NCBI RefSeq assembly: GCF_006345805.1
Contig: NC_043021.1
Location: 1,054,001-1,118,000, forward strand
Direction: 5' to 3'
Length of the DNA: 64,000 nucleotides
DNA from: Octopus sinensis
Taxonomy: Eukaryota
Below the pieces are notes generated by a model. It did not search any database. It worked only from the letters and a program-made list of their open reading frames with translations, and was not told where the DNA came from. Numbering within the stretch: the first letter of the stretch is position 1; each line of letters starts with the position of its first letter. The position numbers were made by a program, and so were the translations under genes. Positions 36,990-49,965 of the stretch are shown piece by piece.

Positions 36990-37124
36990 CTCTGAATGCG
37001 CACCGGTCTCGACAGATGGCAGGACAATCGAAACACGTGCTTCCGGTGTCAATTCTTGTAAATTACTAATTCTTTGTTCCGTCGTCTTTAATTAATTAAT
37101 TAATTAATTACTCAGGTAAAACAG
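36990..37124 (+). promoter_or_regulatory. Probable DENR promoter and non-coding first exon
   Basis: The DENR ATG follows a splice acceptor, so an upstream exon is required. This CpG-containing unique patch has TGCGCA 36997-37002, CACGTG 37034-37039, CTTCCGG 37040-37046 and two donors, CAG|GTAAAA at 37115 and CAG|GTAAGA at 37124. Confidence 0.6.
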
Positions 37125-39718
37125 GTAAGACACCGTCACTCACCCTCTCTTATTCACCTCCTTCTCTCCAACGCTTTCATGTTGTCACTACGACTGGAAT
37201 TCTTATTTCAACTCGATTAACCTGTTAGTATTTAATACGCAACCTTCACTAATTAACCATATTTAATTAATATACATTAATTATGCTTTATTATTGTTAC
37301 GTTTTTGTTACTCTGTTATAATTAGAGGTGTTAATTGTTCTATGTAGATCACAGTTAGGTGCAAATTGCAGAGTTTAGTTTCCTCGCCGACAAAAAGTCG
37401 ATCTTCCTCGAATGACAAGAACATTCTTCTGTCTTTCTTCTCCAAGATGAAATAAATTCTTCTGTTGAGTAATTCTGCCTCATTTCCCGATTCCCTTGCA
37501 TTACTTTCAGCAGGTCTTTCATTTAATAGCATTTCTACTCTCTGTCCACTGCAGTTAATACTCTACTGGTATTACTCGAGTATATGACTCCAGCTGGCCG
37601 GCAACATATCCTACAAAGGCGAATTAGAAAGCCCAACCCGCATGGTAAACAAGAGATAAAAAGTGGATTTCGTTCTGTAAATACATAACTGAGCGTAACT
37701 TGTATTTGCCCTGACTATAGTAGTTAGTATATGAAACTTTTGACCAGAGTTGCCAGTGTATGATACTGAGAATCATAAAAGAACTAAATGTTTGGTGATC
37801 TGTTTTAAACCCACGCAATATAAATACTACCCAGTGGTCGTTCTCTGACTGTAATTCTTCATAAATACATAACAAGTTGCTCTTTTTTTTATTAAAAAAA
37901 AAAGCACAACTTTGTAGTTAAAAACTAACTTTAATTGCGTATTTAAATTTTGGTTTCAAGTCCCATTTCCCCATATTTTCGGTAGGTCTATATTGTTCTA
38001 GAACTCCATCTACTTATCTCTGCTATTCTGTGAAGTTCCAGTTTTCTCAAAAGTATTTCTATTAAAATTTCTACTCTTCACATTTTTTAATATTCTTATA
38101 ATATTGTAATCCGAGAGATTAAAATTACGATCAAAAATTACTGCTTCTTCTAATTAGTCCTACAGTCGAAACAACCGTTTAATTTATCAGTGAATTAAAC
38201 ATTTGATCTTAAATAAAACACATTAGTTACTGTAACAAAGGTAGAATGGCTACTTTTTGATTGCCTCAGTTGACGATATGGTACACACGAATTGAGTGTC
38301 TAACTTAAGAAGAAACCTCCGGTAACTGTAATGTTTAATTAAGTTAATTTCTCTAATTTACTGGGTTGTTGGACTTGATGTAAAGAAGATTCAATGGAAA
38401 ATGCTGGAAGAATTTTCTGTTCTTTCTTCAGGTTCAGAGAAGATTTGAACTCAGCACTTCAAGCTAGCAAAAATACTCAGTTACCATAGAGTTCCTTCCT
38501 CACTCTCAAGGGAAAACTCTGTTTTTGCATGCTCCATTTTACAGCTAAGTGGACTGTCGACGGTAAGAAATTGTCTCCCCTTCGTTCATTCAATCCCCCT
38601 CATTTACCGTATGTTGGAGAAAGTGAAGGTGTGTTGCATCACCATTCAGTCTCTTTTACCAAAAAAACAGCTTTCTTTTAAATATATATTATTGAAGTGG
38701 TGAATTAGGTAAAGACCTTCACTATCATACTAATTCTTGACAGGAACCAACTGTATTGATTAAGTCATCTGCCACTAAATCTATATGTAGTCCTCTAAAT
38801 TTGCAGAACTATCTCACCCAAGGGAAATTTAATCTAAAGAAACAACTTGGCAGAATCATTCAATGAAAGCCACCATTCTCATGTCTAATTTATAGTTTGG
38901 TTGGAAAACATTTTGATTTTCCTTTTGCTCTTGTTTATAATCTTGCCAAAGTTTTTTAATTTGTGTTTCAGCAATGTTTAATGTCTTTGCATGTATTCTT
39001 TAATTAACCTGTTCTCCCCATCTGAAAGATTGTAACTATTGTTGGTATGAAAGAGATTGGTAAAAGTGATTAATTTGGAATCTGTTTTCCATTGTGGGCA
39101 CGGTTTGGATAGTTTGATAGAATCTGACAATCCTCAATGTCTGTTGTGGCATGGTTTCATGGCTGGGTGCACTTTCTTAATGCCAACCACTTTACAAAGT
39201 GTACTGTTTGATTTTCCTTCATGCCACTGGCACTCGGGTAGTTTCCAAGTAAGTTGCAAGACAGGAAAAGAAAAGGAAAAGCCCCCTTGACTAAGTGGGG
39301 GGATTATTTGAGAGGGGGAGGTGACTTGATGCCTGGTGTTGAGAAGCTAAAGTGTGATAGAGGGACAAGCATAGGTGTCTTGCTAGAGAGGAGGTGCATG
39401 GCTATCCTACATTATATAAGGGTGGGGGAATAATTGGGAAGAAGATAGAGATGGTGGTGATGAGGTGCCAGAGTGAACTCAAGGTACAAGGAGGCAAGCA
39501 TAAGAACAGATATGGGTAGTGAGTAAAGGAAGAAGGAAGAAAAGATGGTTGGAGACAGGGTTAGAGGTGAATGTAGTAAGGATCAAGGACACAGGTAAAG
39601 TTGATAGGAAATATGGAGAGTGATTAAGGTGATAGAAAGGTTGCTCAGGAAGGAGTATAGACTAGAAGGTAGGGGGTAGAATGATGTGTAAGGAGTGATG
39701 GGCAAGGAAATGGAGACA

Positions 39719-40400
39719 TACGAGGTGATATCAGAAAGATCCCAGACTAGTTATGGTTAATAAAAAGTAATTTATTTACCTAAATTTGAAATTAATTTCC
39801 TTCAAAATAGTCACCTTGCATAGCACTACACTGGTCTCAGCATGGCTGCCACTTTTGAAATCTGGCCTGGAAGTTGTTTTCTGTAAGCAAGTCGAGGACC
39901 TTCACTCCAAATCTGAACAACAGTGTTAAAATGGTGACCTTTCATCTGCCTTTTTCATCTTGGGGCAGAGATGGAAGTCTGCAGGTGCTAAATCTGGTGA
40001 ATAGGGTGGGTGTGAAAGTGATGCCATGTTATTAGGTGGGAAACTCATGAGTGAAGAGAACTCGGTGGTGTTGCCTGTTCAATTCAGAGGTTCAGATTGC
40101 TGGCACGGACCCATATGATAGATGAACAAATATCAGGAATGTCGTTGATTGTCCTCCAACGATTCTCAAACTGATGAATTTTCCTCACATTTCTAGGGTT
40201 GATGCTTGTGGCAGGTCTTCCAGGGATGTTCTTCCACTTTTGAAGCACCTGTGCCATTTGAAACTGCATATGACCCATTGCCTCATTGCTGTAAGCTTGC
40301 TAAAGCATGCTCAATGTCTCTGCAGCAGACTTCTCATGTTTAATACAAAATTTCATTTCGCTGTTTTCTTCCAAATTTCTGTCCATGACAAAAATTGCAG
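39719..40400 (-). mobile_element. Mariner transposon remnant in DENR intron 1
   Basis: TA|CGAGG-type terminus at 39719-39725. Minus-strand remnants MDRNLEE..MKFCIKH.KSAAETLSML, WHRCFKSGRTSLED and C-terminal FQKWQ...GDYFEG. Confidence 0.8.
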
Positions 40401-40479
40401 ACTACAGTAGAGGACCTCTCTTTTACTTGGATGGATGGATCCTTTGGCACATAACAAAATTGCCAACCATCTTGGTTCT

Positions 40480-40850
40480 TCGTCATCTTCACTGTGAGGC
40501 TCAGCATCTTGGGATTAGCCTTCATTACTATGTGCCATGTTTTTCTGAGTCTCCATCTTCAACAGATTTTATCCACATTTAGCACTTGGTACTTGATGCA
40601 GCTGCCCTCCCCCATACACATCACATTACCATTCCAGTGTAGTCTTCTCTCTTGCAATGGCTCTTCGTTGCAGTTCTTCTCTCTTGCAATGGCTCTTCGT
40701 TGCAGTTCTTCTCTCAATCTATTTGCACATTGACATTGTACGTCCAATGGAGAATTACTAACTTCATTCTTCCCTTTTGCATGTTCCCTGCAGCCAGAGC
40801 ACAGATCTTACTACCACATGACATTACTGTTTGTATATGAGCATCACACA
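40480..40850 (-). mobile_element. Degenerate RTE 3' coding fragment with a perfect 32-bp tandem duplication (40643-40706)
   Basis: Minus frame QERRLHWNGNVMCMGEGSCIK; TCTTCTCTCTTGCAATGGCTCTTCGTTGCAGT occurs twice. Confidence 0.65.
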
Positions 40851-40989
40851 ATCTGCCTTGATAGAGAGAAACCATTTGTTGCCAACAGAGGCACCCCGAA
40901 ATTAGAAAAATCAAAAATCTGCAACAATCTTGGTCCCATGGGTGACTGTGGTGATTGTGGTGAAAGCAGAGACAGTGTTGATGATGACA

Positions 40990-41300
40990 ATGGTCGAGAC
41001 AAGTATGGGGGGTGGGGAGGATAAAACAGTTTCGGTGGTTATAATGGTGACAGGAACGGTGTGATGTGTGATGCTGAGGTGCTGGTGGTAATAGTGGTGT
41101 TGATGATAGTGTTAGTCATGTGATGGTGGTATTTCAGTGGTTATACTGGTTGTGGTGGTGAAAGTGACTGTCAAGGTAACCGTCATGATAACATTGATGG
41201 CGGTGTATGTGGTTGAAGTGGAAGCAGTGACAATGTTGCTGATGATGGTGGTGGTTGTGGTGGGGGTGATAGTGGTATGATAGTTGTGGTGGTCATTGTC
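40990..41300. repeat. Degenerate (GGT/GAT)n low-complexity tract
   Basis: Decayed trinucleotide repeat. Confidence 0.7.
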
Positions 41301-42302
41301 ATAGTGCTGCTCCTTCTGGTTTGACGGAGGTCTGTGCTCTCCGAGTGCTTTCTGGTTATTTCTGTTTCTTTGTCAAAGCTCTTTTGTCACACATCCTGTC
41401 ATCCCTTCAGTGACTCTCTATCCTGCATTTCCTCTTGTTCAGCTTAGTCCATTCTGTCTTCCTCTGTTATGTATCCTTATGTGCATGTGTTTGTATCTGT
41501 GTGTGTGCCCGGCTGTGTTTAGTATGTATGTTTTGTATGCATGTGTATGAGTTTGCTTACAATCCATGTCTTTTAGTTATTTATTGTTTTTTCCTTTCTC
41601 ATTTCGTCTTTAGTATGTGTATATATGTCTTGTGTGTATAAATATAGATCTATGTATTCTACTGTTTGTATCTGTGTCATTTCTTTTCTTTCATTCTGTC
41701 TTTAGTTGTCAGGTCATGTAATGTGGTGGAGTGAGGGATATTCCATTCATGTTTTATGTTGAGGCTCAGTCTATTACTATGTGTGTGGCCTCTGTAGTCT
41801 GTTGTATATGTTAATAACATCTATGTTATCTATCTAGCCTCCATGTTCTAAATAAGCATGTTGGTAGAGAACAGACAAGATTTTCTCCTTGAGCTCCCAC
41901 CAGTCTTCACCTGTCTGTTCACTTAATACTACATGCTGTCTCCCCACTGTATGTCATTAACCTGTTTCTGCAGCACACAGTATACTTGTAGACTATAGTC
42001 TTAATCTTACAGTTTGCCTGTGGGTTCATCCTACACACTATACAGTTGCTATTCATACATGGGTCCTTTCAAATGAATATGTTCTACAGATCAGGGATTT
42101 TATGAGGTTTTATTATAGAGTCAAGACTATTGAAAAGGTTGCAACACGCAACGAAAATTTTAGAAAATAAAAATAAGAAATAAGTGGAAATTTTACTGGT
42201 GAGTGTGTTAAATAATAAGGCACTAAAAGAGAATGACTCTCCCCAGACACAACAGATTATAAAGAATGTTTTAATGAAAACTTTTCAAAATTTCTTTTCA
42301 GA

Positions 42303-42396
42303 ATGACAACAGCAATTATGGACAATTCTAAATTTTTTGTCTATGATGGCCCACGTAAAGATGTCAACTACCCCATTGAGGTTTTATATTGTGGAG
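42303..42396 (+). CDS. DENR: DENR coding exon 1 ([31 protein letters not shown])
   Basis: Acceptor TTTTCAG ends at 42301, one base before the ATG region; donor GTAAAC at 42397. Confidence 0.92.
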
Positions 42397-42851
42397 GTAA
42401 ACTTATTACAATTGTTTTTGCATTAAATTAGTGATTCTTTGTAGAGATTTTCTCCCAGGGAGCTAAGTCTAAGATCAAATGACTCCCCATAGAGTTTATC
42501 TCTCAGGGAGCCATCAATCCTGGGATCTTGTTTCAATTTCTGATTGCACTGAATTCCTTTTACTTGTGATTCTTGTTTGTTTTAGCCATCATGGTTAAGG
42601 CCAAGCTGGAGTGCATCTTGACTTGGGAAATAGATGAATGTCAAACAGTCTCACTTTAAGTAGGAATCTACTGTTTCTGTAGAAGAAATCCTAATTTTAC
42701 TTGCATTTTGTAATCTTCCTGAACACATTGAGTGGCGTTTGCTAAATATAACAGTGGTCAGTGGTTCACTTAACAATTTATCCAAATGTGAATTTTCTAT
42801 CCATCTTACTAATATTAAGTTATCTCTTAACTAATTGATGTGCGTATTTAT

Positions 42852-42886
<35 letters not shown>

Positions 42887-45800
42887 GCTCCCACCTATTG
42901 TATTGATTACATTACCCTGGATGAATAGAGACAACATTGAACAGTGAGGATCCCTCTTTTGTTGGGTACAGGGCAATATTATTAGAATGTATGTCACAGA
43001 AGAATGATTGGTTAATGAACTGCAACGGTCAAGGAGACCTAGTCTTCTTGTTGGCAGCTTTCCTCATACTGATGCCAAGATAAAATACTCTCAGTACATT
43101 GTGTAAAGTGGTTGATGTTTGGGAGAGCCCTACCTACCAACCCAATCAAGAACTCTGCTCAATCTTAGTCAACTTTACCATCCTGCCAAATTTGAGACCT
43201 TCCAAAATTAATATTAAAAAAGGGACAAATAACCTATATAAACAATGACCCAAACAATATACAAATATCTTCATTAAAACCACCCTAGTTATGTTGCTAT
43301 GGGAACACCTATTACACCGAGTGTTAGGAAATCTTTTATAATGCACTTTCTTACAACTAGAACAACAATACTGTTTTAGTTTTCCTTTTATTAATCAAGA
43401 TTAATTAAGTAAATTGTGACTCATTATATTTTATGCCTGATATAAAATGTTAAAATAATTTCTACTTCATCTGTGAATATTTTATTTTTCTTCTCTGCAG
43501 AATGTACGATGCCGGTGGAGGTAAGTCAGATTTATGCCTTGTATTGTTCATGGTTTCTGAAGTATTGTAATTCATCATCATCGTTGAACATTTGTTTTCC
43601 ATGCTGGCATAGGCTGGATGGTTTGACTGGAGGAACTGATAAGGCTAGGGGCCTGCCTCACACTCCATATTCAGATCTGGCTTGGTTTCTATGGCCAGAT
43701 GCCCTTCCTAATGCCAACCATTCCAAAGAGTGTACTGGGTTCTTTTAACCTGGCACCAACACGAGTGCTTTGTATGTCGAACCAGTACTAGTACTGTTGT
43801 CGCGAACTTGTCTTAATGAGTACATTAAGATACCAGATATCTCACTCCTCTGTCTTTGTAAGACTCAATGTCTTGAGATCTGCCTTCAGTACTTCTTGGG
43901 TGTCCCTCTTCCACAAATTCCATCCACTTTAAGTGATCAGAACTTCTGCACGCAACTGATTACAATCCATATGCAGTCTGACTTTATCTGGAATGAAATG
44001 CGATTGCTTTCCTTTACACTTGATGTGTGTCTAGATCAGTTCCCTGGAGTTTTCCTTCAACATCTTGCTATTCCCACTTAGATTCACTTGTTATACTCTC
44101 CTAAAACTGCAGAATATAATTGTAGACTGGTAGTTTATAGACACTCGAGGAATAAAAGGCAAATTTGACCTCTATGGGATTTGAACTCGGAATGTGAAGT
44201 GCTAGAAGAAATACTGCTGTATCTGTTTTGTCCATTACTCTGTTTTCTCAATTGATGGCCCCACCTGTTGAATGTGAGTTTTTAGTTGCTTAAAATTCTA
44301 ATAATTTTGGTTTGGTTTCTTGCAGTATTGTGAATACTATCCAAATTATGAAAGATGTAAAATTTGGCTTGAAAAAAACATGCCTGATCAATTCAAAAAA
44401 CTCATGGCTGGCAAAGGTGAGTTTTCCTGTGAAGGATTATCTTTATTTCATTGTTTTCATTGAAAGTTTGTTAAATCTTCATTTTGATTCAGGATTATGT
44501 TTGAATTCATAATTGTTTAGTTAGAAATTCTGTGATTTCCTAAAAGAAGTTCAGCTGTTTGGAAGCAAATTTCTGACTTTGACAATGTCACAACTTCAAC
44601 AAACTCTGACAAACTGATCTGCAGGTGAAGTTTGGTTTGTACTTTTACTGCACCTCATCATCATCATCGTAAAACGTCCGTTCTCCATGCTAGCATGGGT
44701 TGGACGGTTCGACCGGGGTTCTGGGAAGCCAGAAGGCTGCACCAGGCTCCAGTCTAATCTGGCAATGTTTCTACAGCTGGATGCCCTTCCTAACGCCAAC
44801 CACTCCGTGAGTGTAGTGGGTGCTTTTTACGTGCCACCTGCACAGGTGCCAGGCGAGGCTGGCAACAGCCACGGTCAGATTGGTGTATTTTATGTGCCAC
44901 CGGCACGGAAGCCAGTCGAGGCGGTGCTGGCATCGGCCACGAGTCGGATAGTGCTTTTTACGTACCACCAGACCAGGGATCCTGGCTGGTTCAATTCGAT
45001 TTCGATTTTGATTTCGCTTGCCCCAACATGTCTTCACAAGCAACTGTCAGGTGAAAATGAATTTTGATTATTAAAAATTCTTTGAAGTTCTGCTACTGTT
45101 AAATTTCCCAAACAACAGCAATCTCAGGGATTTGAGATAATGATAGGAATTCTTTTGTTGTTTAGGAAGTTTTTTTTTAAGAACCATTATTACCTACTAA
45201 AAAGGGCTACAGTAAATAAGTTATGTAGTATCATGAATACCACTTAATTAGATAACTTTATGTAAATAGAAAAAAAATTGAGAAGTATAATTGGAAACCT
45301 GGTATAATGAATAGCTCTTAATTATTGGCACCAGTAAAGAATTTGGACAAACAAAAATAAGTTTAGAAAATAAAATCTAAATTTTAATAATGATTATTAG
45401 ATAATACATATTAATTATGCTAATTAATGAAATAAAGAAAACTAATATTTTAAAGAAGAAAGAATTTTTCATATGAAAGAAAAATATTTTTTTAATAAGA
45501 AACATTAAAAAAGGTATTTTGAATTTCTTTTGAAAGATCTCTGGCATTTAATGGAATTTATTAAGTATTTCTAAATGTTGTTTTGTTTCACATATTTTTG
45601 TTATGTAAGAAAACATATTTGTTGCTGAGAGAAGCCTGGATTCTTTTGAAAACAAGAAATAATCATTTCCAAACACGATTGATCTTTAGACAAAGTCAAC
45701 CATTTCAATTTCTGTCTTTTTGATGGCTGCATCTATTTCACTCTTATGAATGGAGGAGAGAGAAACTTGTATTTCATAGCAATAATGCCACATGTTTCAC

Positions 45801-48800
45801 ATGTGGCCTCATGCCACGATGAGTTATAACAAATAACTTCTTGTATTACTGAATGTTTCACATATGATTTCATGATTTTCACTTGACAAATGCTTCTGCA
45901 AACGTAAATAGTATTTTGTCAGCAGTTTTCTTTCCTGTATCACAATTTTCAAAAGTGTTGTTGGTTTGGGCTTTTGTTATTGTAAATGTCATTATTTCAG
46001 CATTTTGATATCTTATTTTACCGTAGCCTGCTCCCAAAGATTTACCAGTTTAAGAAATCCTTTAATAATCACTCTTGAATAATCCTAGATTAACCTGAGG
46101 TATCTACTAATCTAGACATTTCTGCTCTAATCCAATGTCGTTACTATGTTACCTTTATGAAATCTTTGTGTTTTAAGCTGGATCATCTTTACTTAAACAT
46201 GTTTTTTTTTCTATACAACTGTGACAAAGTCTTGGCATGACTTCATAACTATTTCATCTTGGTGGCATGGTTCCTATGCACATTGGAGTTATTAGGCTAG
46301 GGGTAGTTAAAGGTGAAATGGCTGGATTTGGGTTTGTAAAAGGTGCTATATTCACTTGTGAAATTTTGCCTTGTATATTAACCACTCTTTCATCTGTTTT
46401 TACAATTATTCTCATTATTATTGTAATACTTTAATTCTTGCTATATTTATTGTTCAGGAGATGAAAATTTAGGTTCAGAAGAAACTGAAGAGAAGAAGAA
46501 GCGACAGACTCGGGGTGGTAGGGGTGTGATAAAAGCTAAAAAGAAAACTGAACCGCAAGGTCTGAAGCTGTCCACAGCCACAAGAGGCAAGAAGAAACGA
46601 GTCACAATTGTTGCTGGACTTGCTACTTACGGTATGTACTGTGTTTAAGTTGATTAGGCTCATTGTAGAGATGCTACCATGTGGAGAAGGGTTTAGCTTG
46701 AAGACTGGGTAAGCAACAACTCTGATTAAAAAGTTCTTGTCTTTTTGTGAAGATAACAGTTGTGTTAAAAGGGTTGGTTTGATGTTTTGTAGGAAAGCTT
46801 TTAATAAAGTATTATGATTGAAGTGGTTGAAGACAGTTCCAGCCTTCATAGATTAATTCAGTTGGTTGATTGACATACTAGAATTAGCAACCAAATATCA
46901 ATCCACTGTCTTTAAGGGAGCACCATATGCAATAAGTAAAAAGACCAGCATGATGCAAAGGGTCATTGTTGGAGAGAATTTATCAAACACATGTGACAAT
47001 GCTGGCTTTTTTTCTTTTCTGAAATTTTATGAGAAAATAATTGATATATTTCAGTTTCTCTTTGGAATTTAAGTATTTTATACAGAAACTGAATGTAATA
47101 TTTTGCTTTTTTTTATCCCCCAAATTGGGGTACTATGATAATAAAGATGGGACTGCGATAAACAACAGAGCAGATACAGAAAATATGAGATTTAAATTTA
47201 AATATATTAGCAAAAACATTCACTTTACACATTCACAACTGATTATTTCAGAGCTCTTTGGCCACTTCATTCGTACTGACTAATCCAGATTAAAAAAGAG
47301 AATCCAAAAACACAGGTGGTTTGTGTTGGTAAGACTTATATTGTTTAGAAAAACCAACAGAAAGAAAACAGTGAATTTGCCAGGGGAAGTCTCTCAAATG
47401 TATTCCATTCCTCACAGTAATTTCACTGTACTCTGTCACTCTCACTAGCATAGTTCACGTGGCTGTAAATGGGTACCACAAAGAAGTATAACTTATAAAC
47501 ACTGTATGTGATTAAATGGCAGTGCTGAGTACAAATCCTGCCATTGATATATAATTAATATAGTTAACCAAACAATTATGAATACATCTAACGATCAATT
47601 ACTAACTGGATAAAACAATCACTAATTGTTTTATTTGCATAAGAGATTGAAAATGAGAAATATCAGCTCATCTTTGTGAGGAATATGCTGGTACTTTCTT
47701 TTGATGAGACCAAAAGTATATTGTTGTTTCTCGGTATATTTTAGCATCGCTTTGTCTCCACATGGCAACTATAGTTCCTCATGTGGATCCACTGATTGCA
47801 TGGCAGTTACAGCTCTCAATTAGAAACTCCCATCTCTTCATTCTAGGGACAATCACTGGTTCCAGATAGTTGGTTGATGCCATGCTGCTTCAAAAAACCC
47901 CAATGTTTTTGATATAGACAACTGTATTTTTTTTTTCCGATTATATCCACAGACATTGATCTGAAAGAAGCCAGTAAATACTTTGCCACCAAGTTTTCTT
48001 GTGGTTCATCAGTGACTGCCGACGAGATTGTTATCCAGGGAGATGTAAAAGATGAATTGTTTGATATCATCCCAGAAAAGTGGCCTCAGGTGAGTGACTT
48101 TGTCTGTCTGGGTGGAATTATAAACATCGTGAGATGCTTGTTTTATGGGATGATCCTTCAACATCTGTCTTATCTAGCGACAGAGTAAACCCTTTATCTT
48201 AGTGAATATCAGTGGTTTTTCCTTTCTGCATGGTTAATGTCTTTTTACTCTTTCTATCACCAACCACTTTACAATGAAGGGTCTTTGGCTCTTCATCATC
48301 AGTGTATCACAGGTTGAGCAGGTGACCTCAGCCAGTTGTCATTTCCTCTGCCACTATTTTAATATTTGCTTTGTCTTCCTCGCACCAGTGTCTATGGTTT
48401 CCCAAGCCCTCTGTGTTGCCAGTCCTTCTGAACCTATAAATCTTCCTGAGTGGCAATATTCTGTGGTCAGTCTTCACCACTTCATCCTTTGTCTTCGTAT
48501 GTTTCCTTTTCCAACGAATTCTCTCCTCTTTGAGCAGCTTGCACTTAATATATATATTCATTGTTTTAACATCCACTTTTCCATGCTTGCATGGGTTGGA
48601 TGGAATTTGCTGAGACAAATTTTCTATGGATAAATGCCCTTATTTGTTTCCAAGCAATGTAATATTTCCTTCATTACCAGACATGTTTTCAGGGAAGATT
48701 GGAAACAAGATGGCTTGTGTGAAGGTGACACTCCTTGAAAACTATTGTACAATGTCAGAACAGACAGACACACACACACACATATATACATACGCACAAT

Positions 48801-49883
48801 ATACAACAGGCTTCTTTTAGTTTCCATCTATCAAGTCCACTCACAAGGTTTTGGTTATCCTGGGGCAAAAGTAGAAGACAATTGCCTATAGTGCCTTGCA
48901 GTGAGACTGAATCTGAAAGCACATGGAAAGCAAACTTGTGTGTGTCTTAACTATAGAAGAGGGAAATTTGAAGATACAGAACAAAGTGCTGATGACTGGC
49001 CTCATGAAGGAGGAGTGATGATGCACAGGGCTGGAGGATGTTGGCGGCTGAGATGTCTAATATCTACATTTTATCTCTCTCCTCTTCTATTTCCTTGAAG
49101 TTTCCCACTGTTGTCTTTTCTTCTATTTATTGTGTCTGGAATGGTATTTGATCTTTGTGTAGTCAATCCCTCCATCCACCATCACCTTTCTTCCATTGTG
49201 ACATTTTGTGTTACAAAGAGTCACTTTGACCCCTACCACTCTCATCCCTTCTCTGTATCTAACCATTACTCACACTGTCACTCATCTTTATTACTACCTC
49301 AGCACTGTTTCTCTTCCAATCCCTGCTTCTCTTCGATTAATCCCCTCACCCCTCCCTCCTCTTATCACACCCTGATCCTCTTTTCTTGTCACCATTGCCA
49401 TCATGCTTGTCTTAGAACCGATGGAGACAGGTCTCTCTCTAGTCTCAGCAGAGGACAAGATATTTTATGTTATGACACAACTCCCTGTACGCTGTGTAAC
49501 AAGGCAGATGGTGTGAAGGGCACCAAACAGTAGAGATGAAGCCAGAAATGGAAAGCCTCAATTCCGACATAGTCTTCGACTTGTTTAGGAGGACAGTAAC
49601 TCTGAATTAGAACTGACTGGGATTGTGATGACCCTCCCCACCTATACCAGCATAGAAAGTGGACATAAAATGATGGTAATGATATATATATATATATATA
49701 TATCTCATGATGCCATGATAGATCGTTAGCCACTACACACATTTTTTTCTCTCCTTGTTTTTTTCTGTGTCCCTTTCTGTAGAAGAGCGTAGGCTCGAAA
49801 CGGAAAAGACTTTTTCTATTCCTGAGCGTTATACTAATACAACTGTTTGTTTTGTACACCACCTGTCTTTGTCTTTTTTGTAA

Positions 49884-49965
<82 letters not shown>

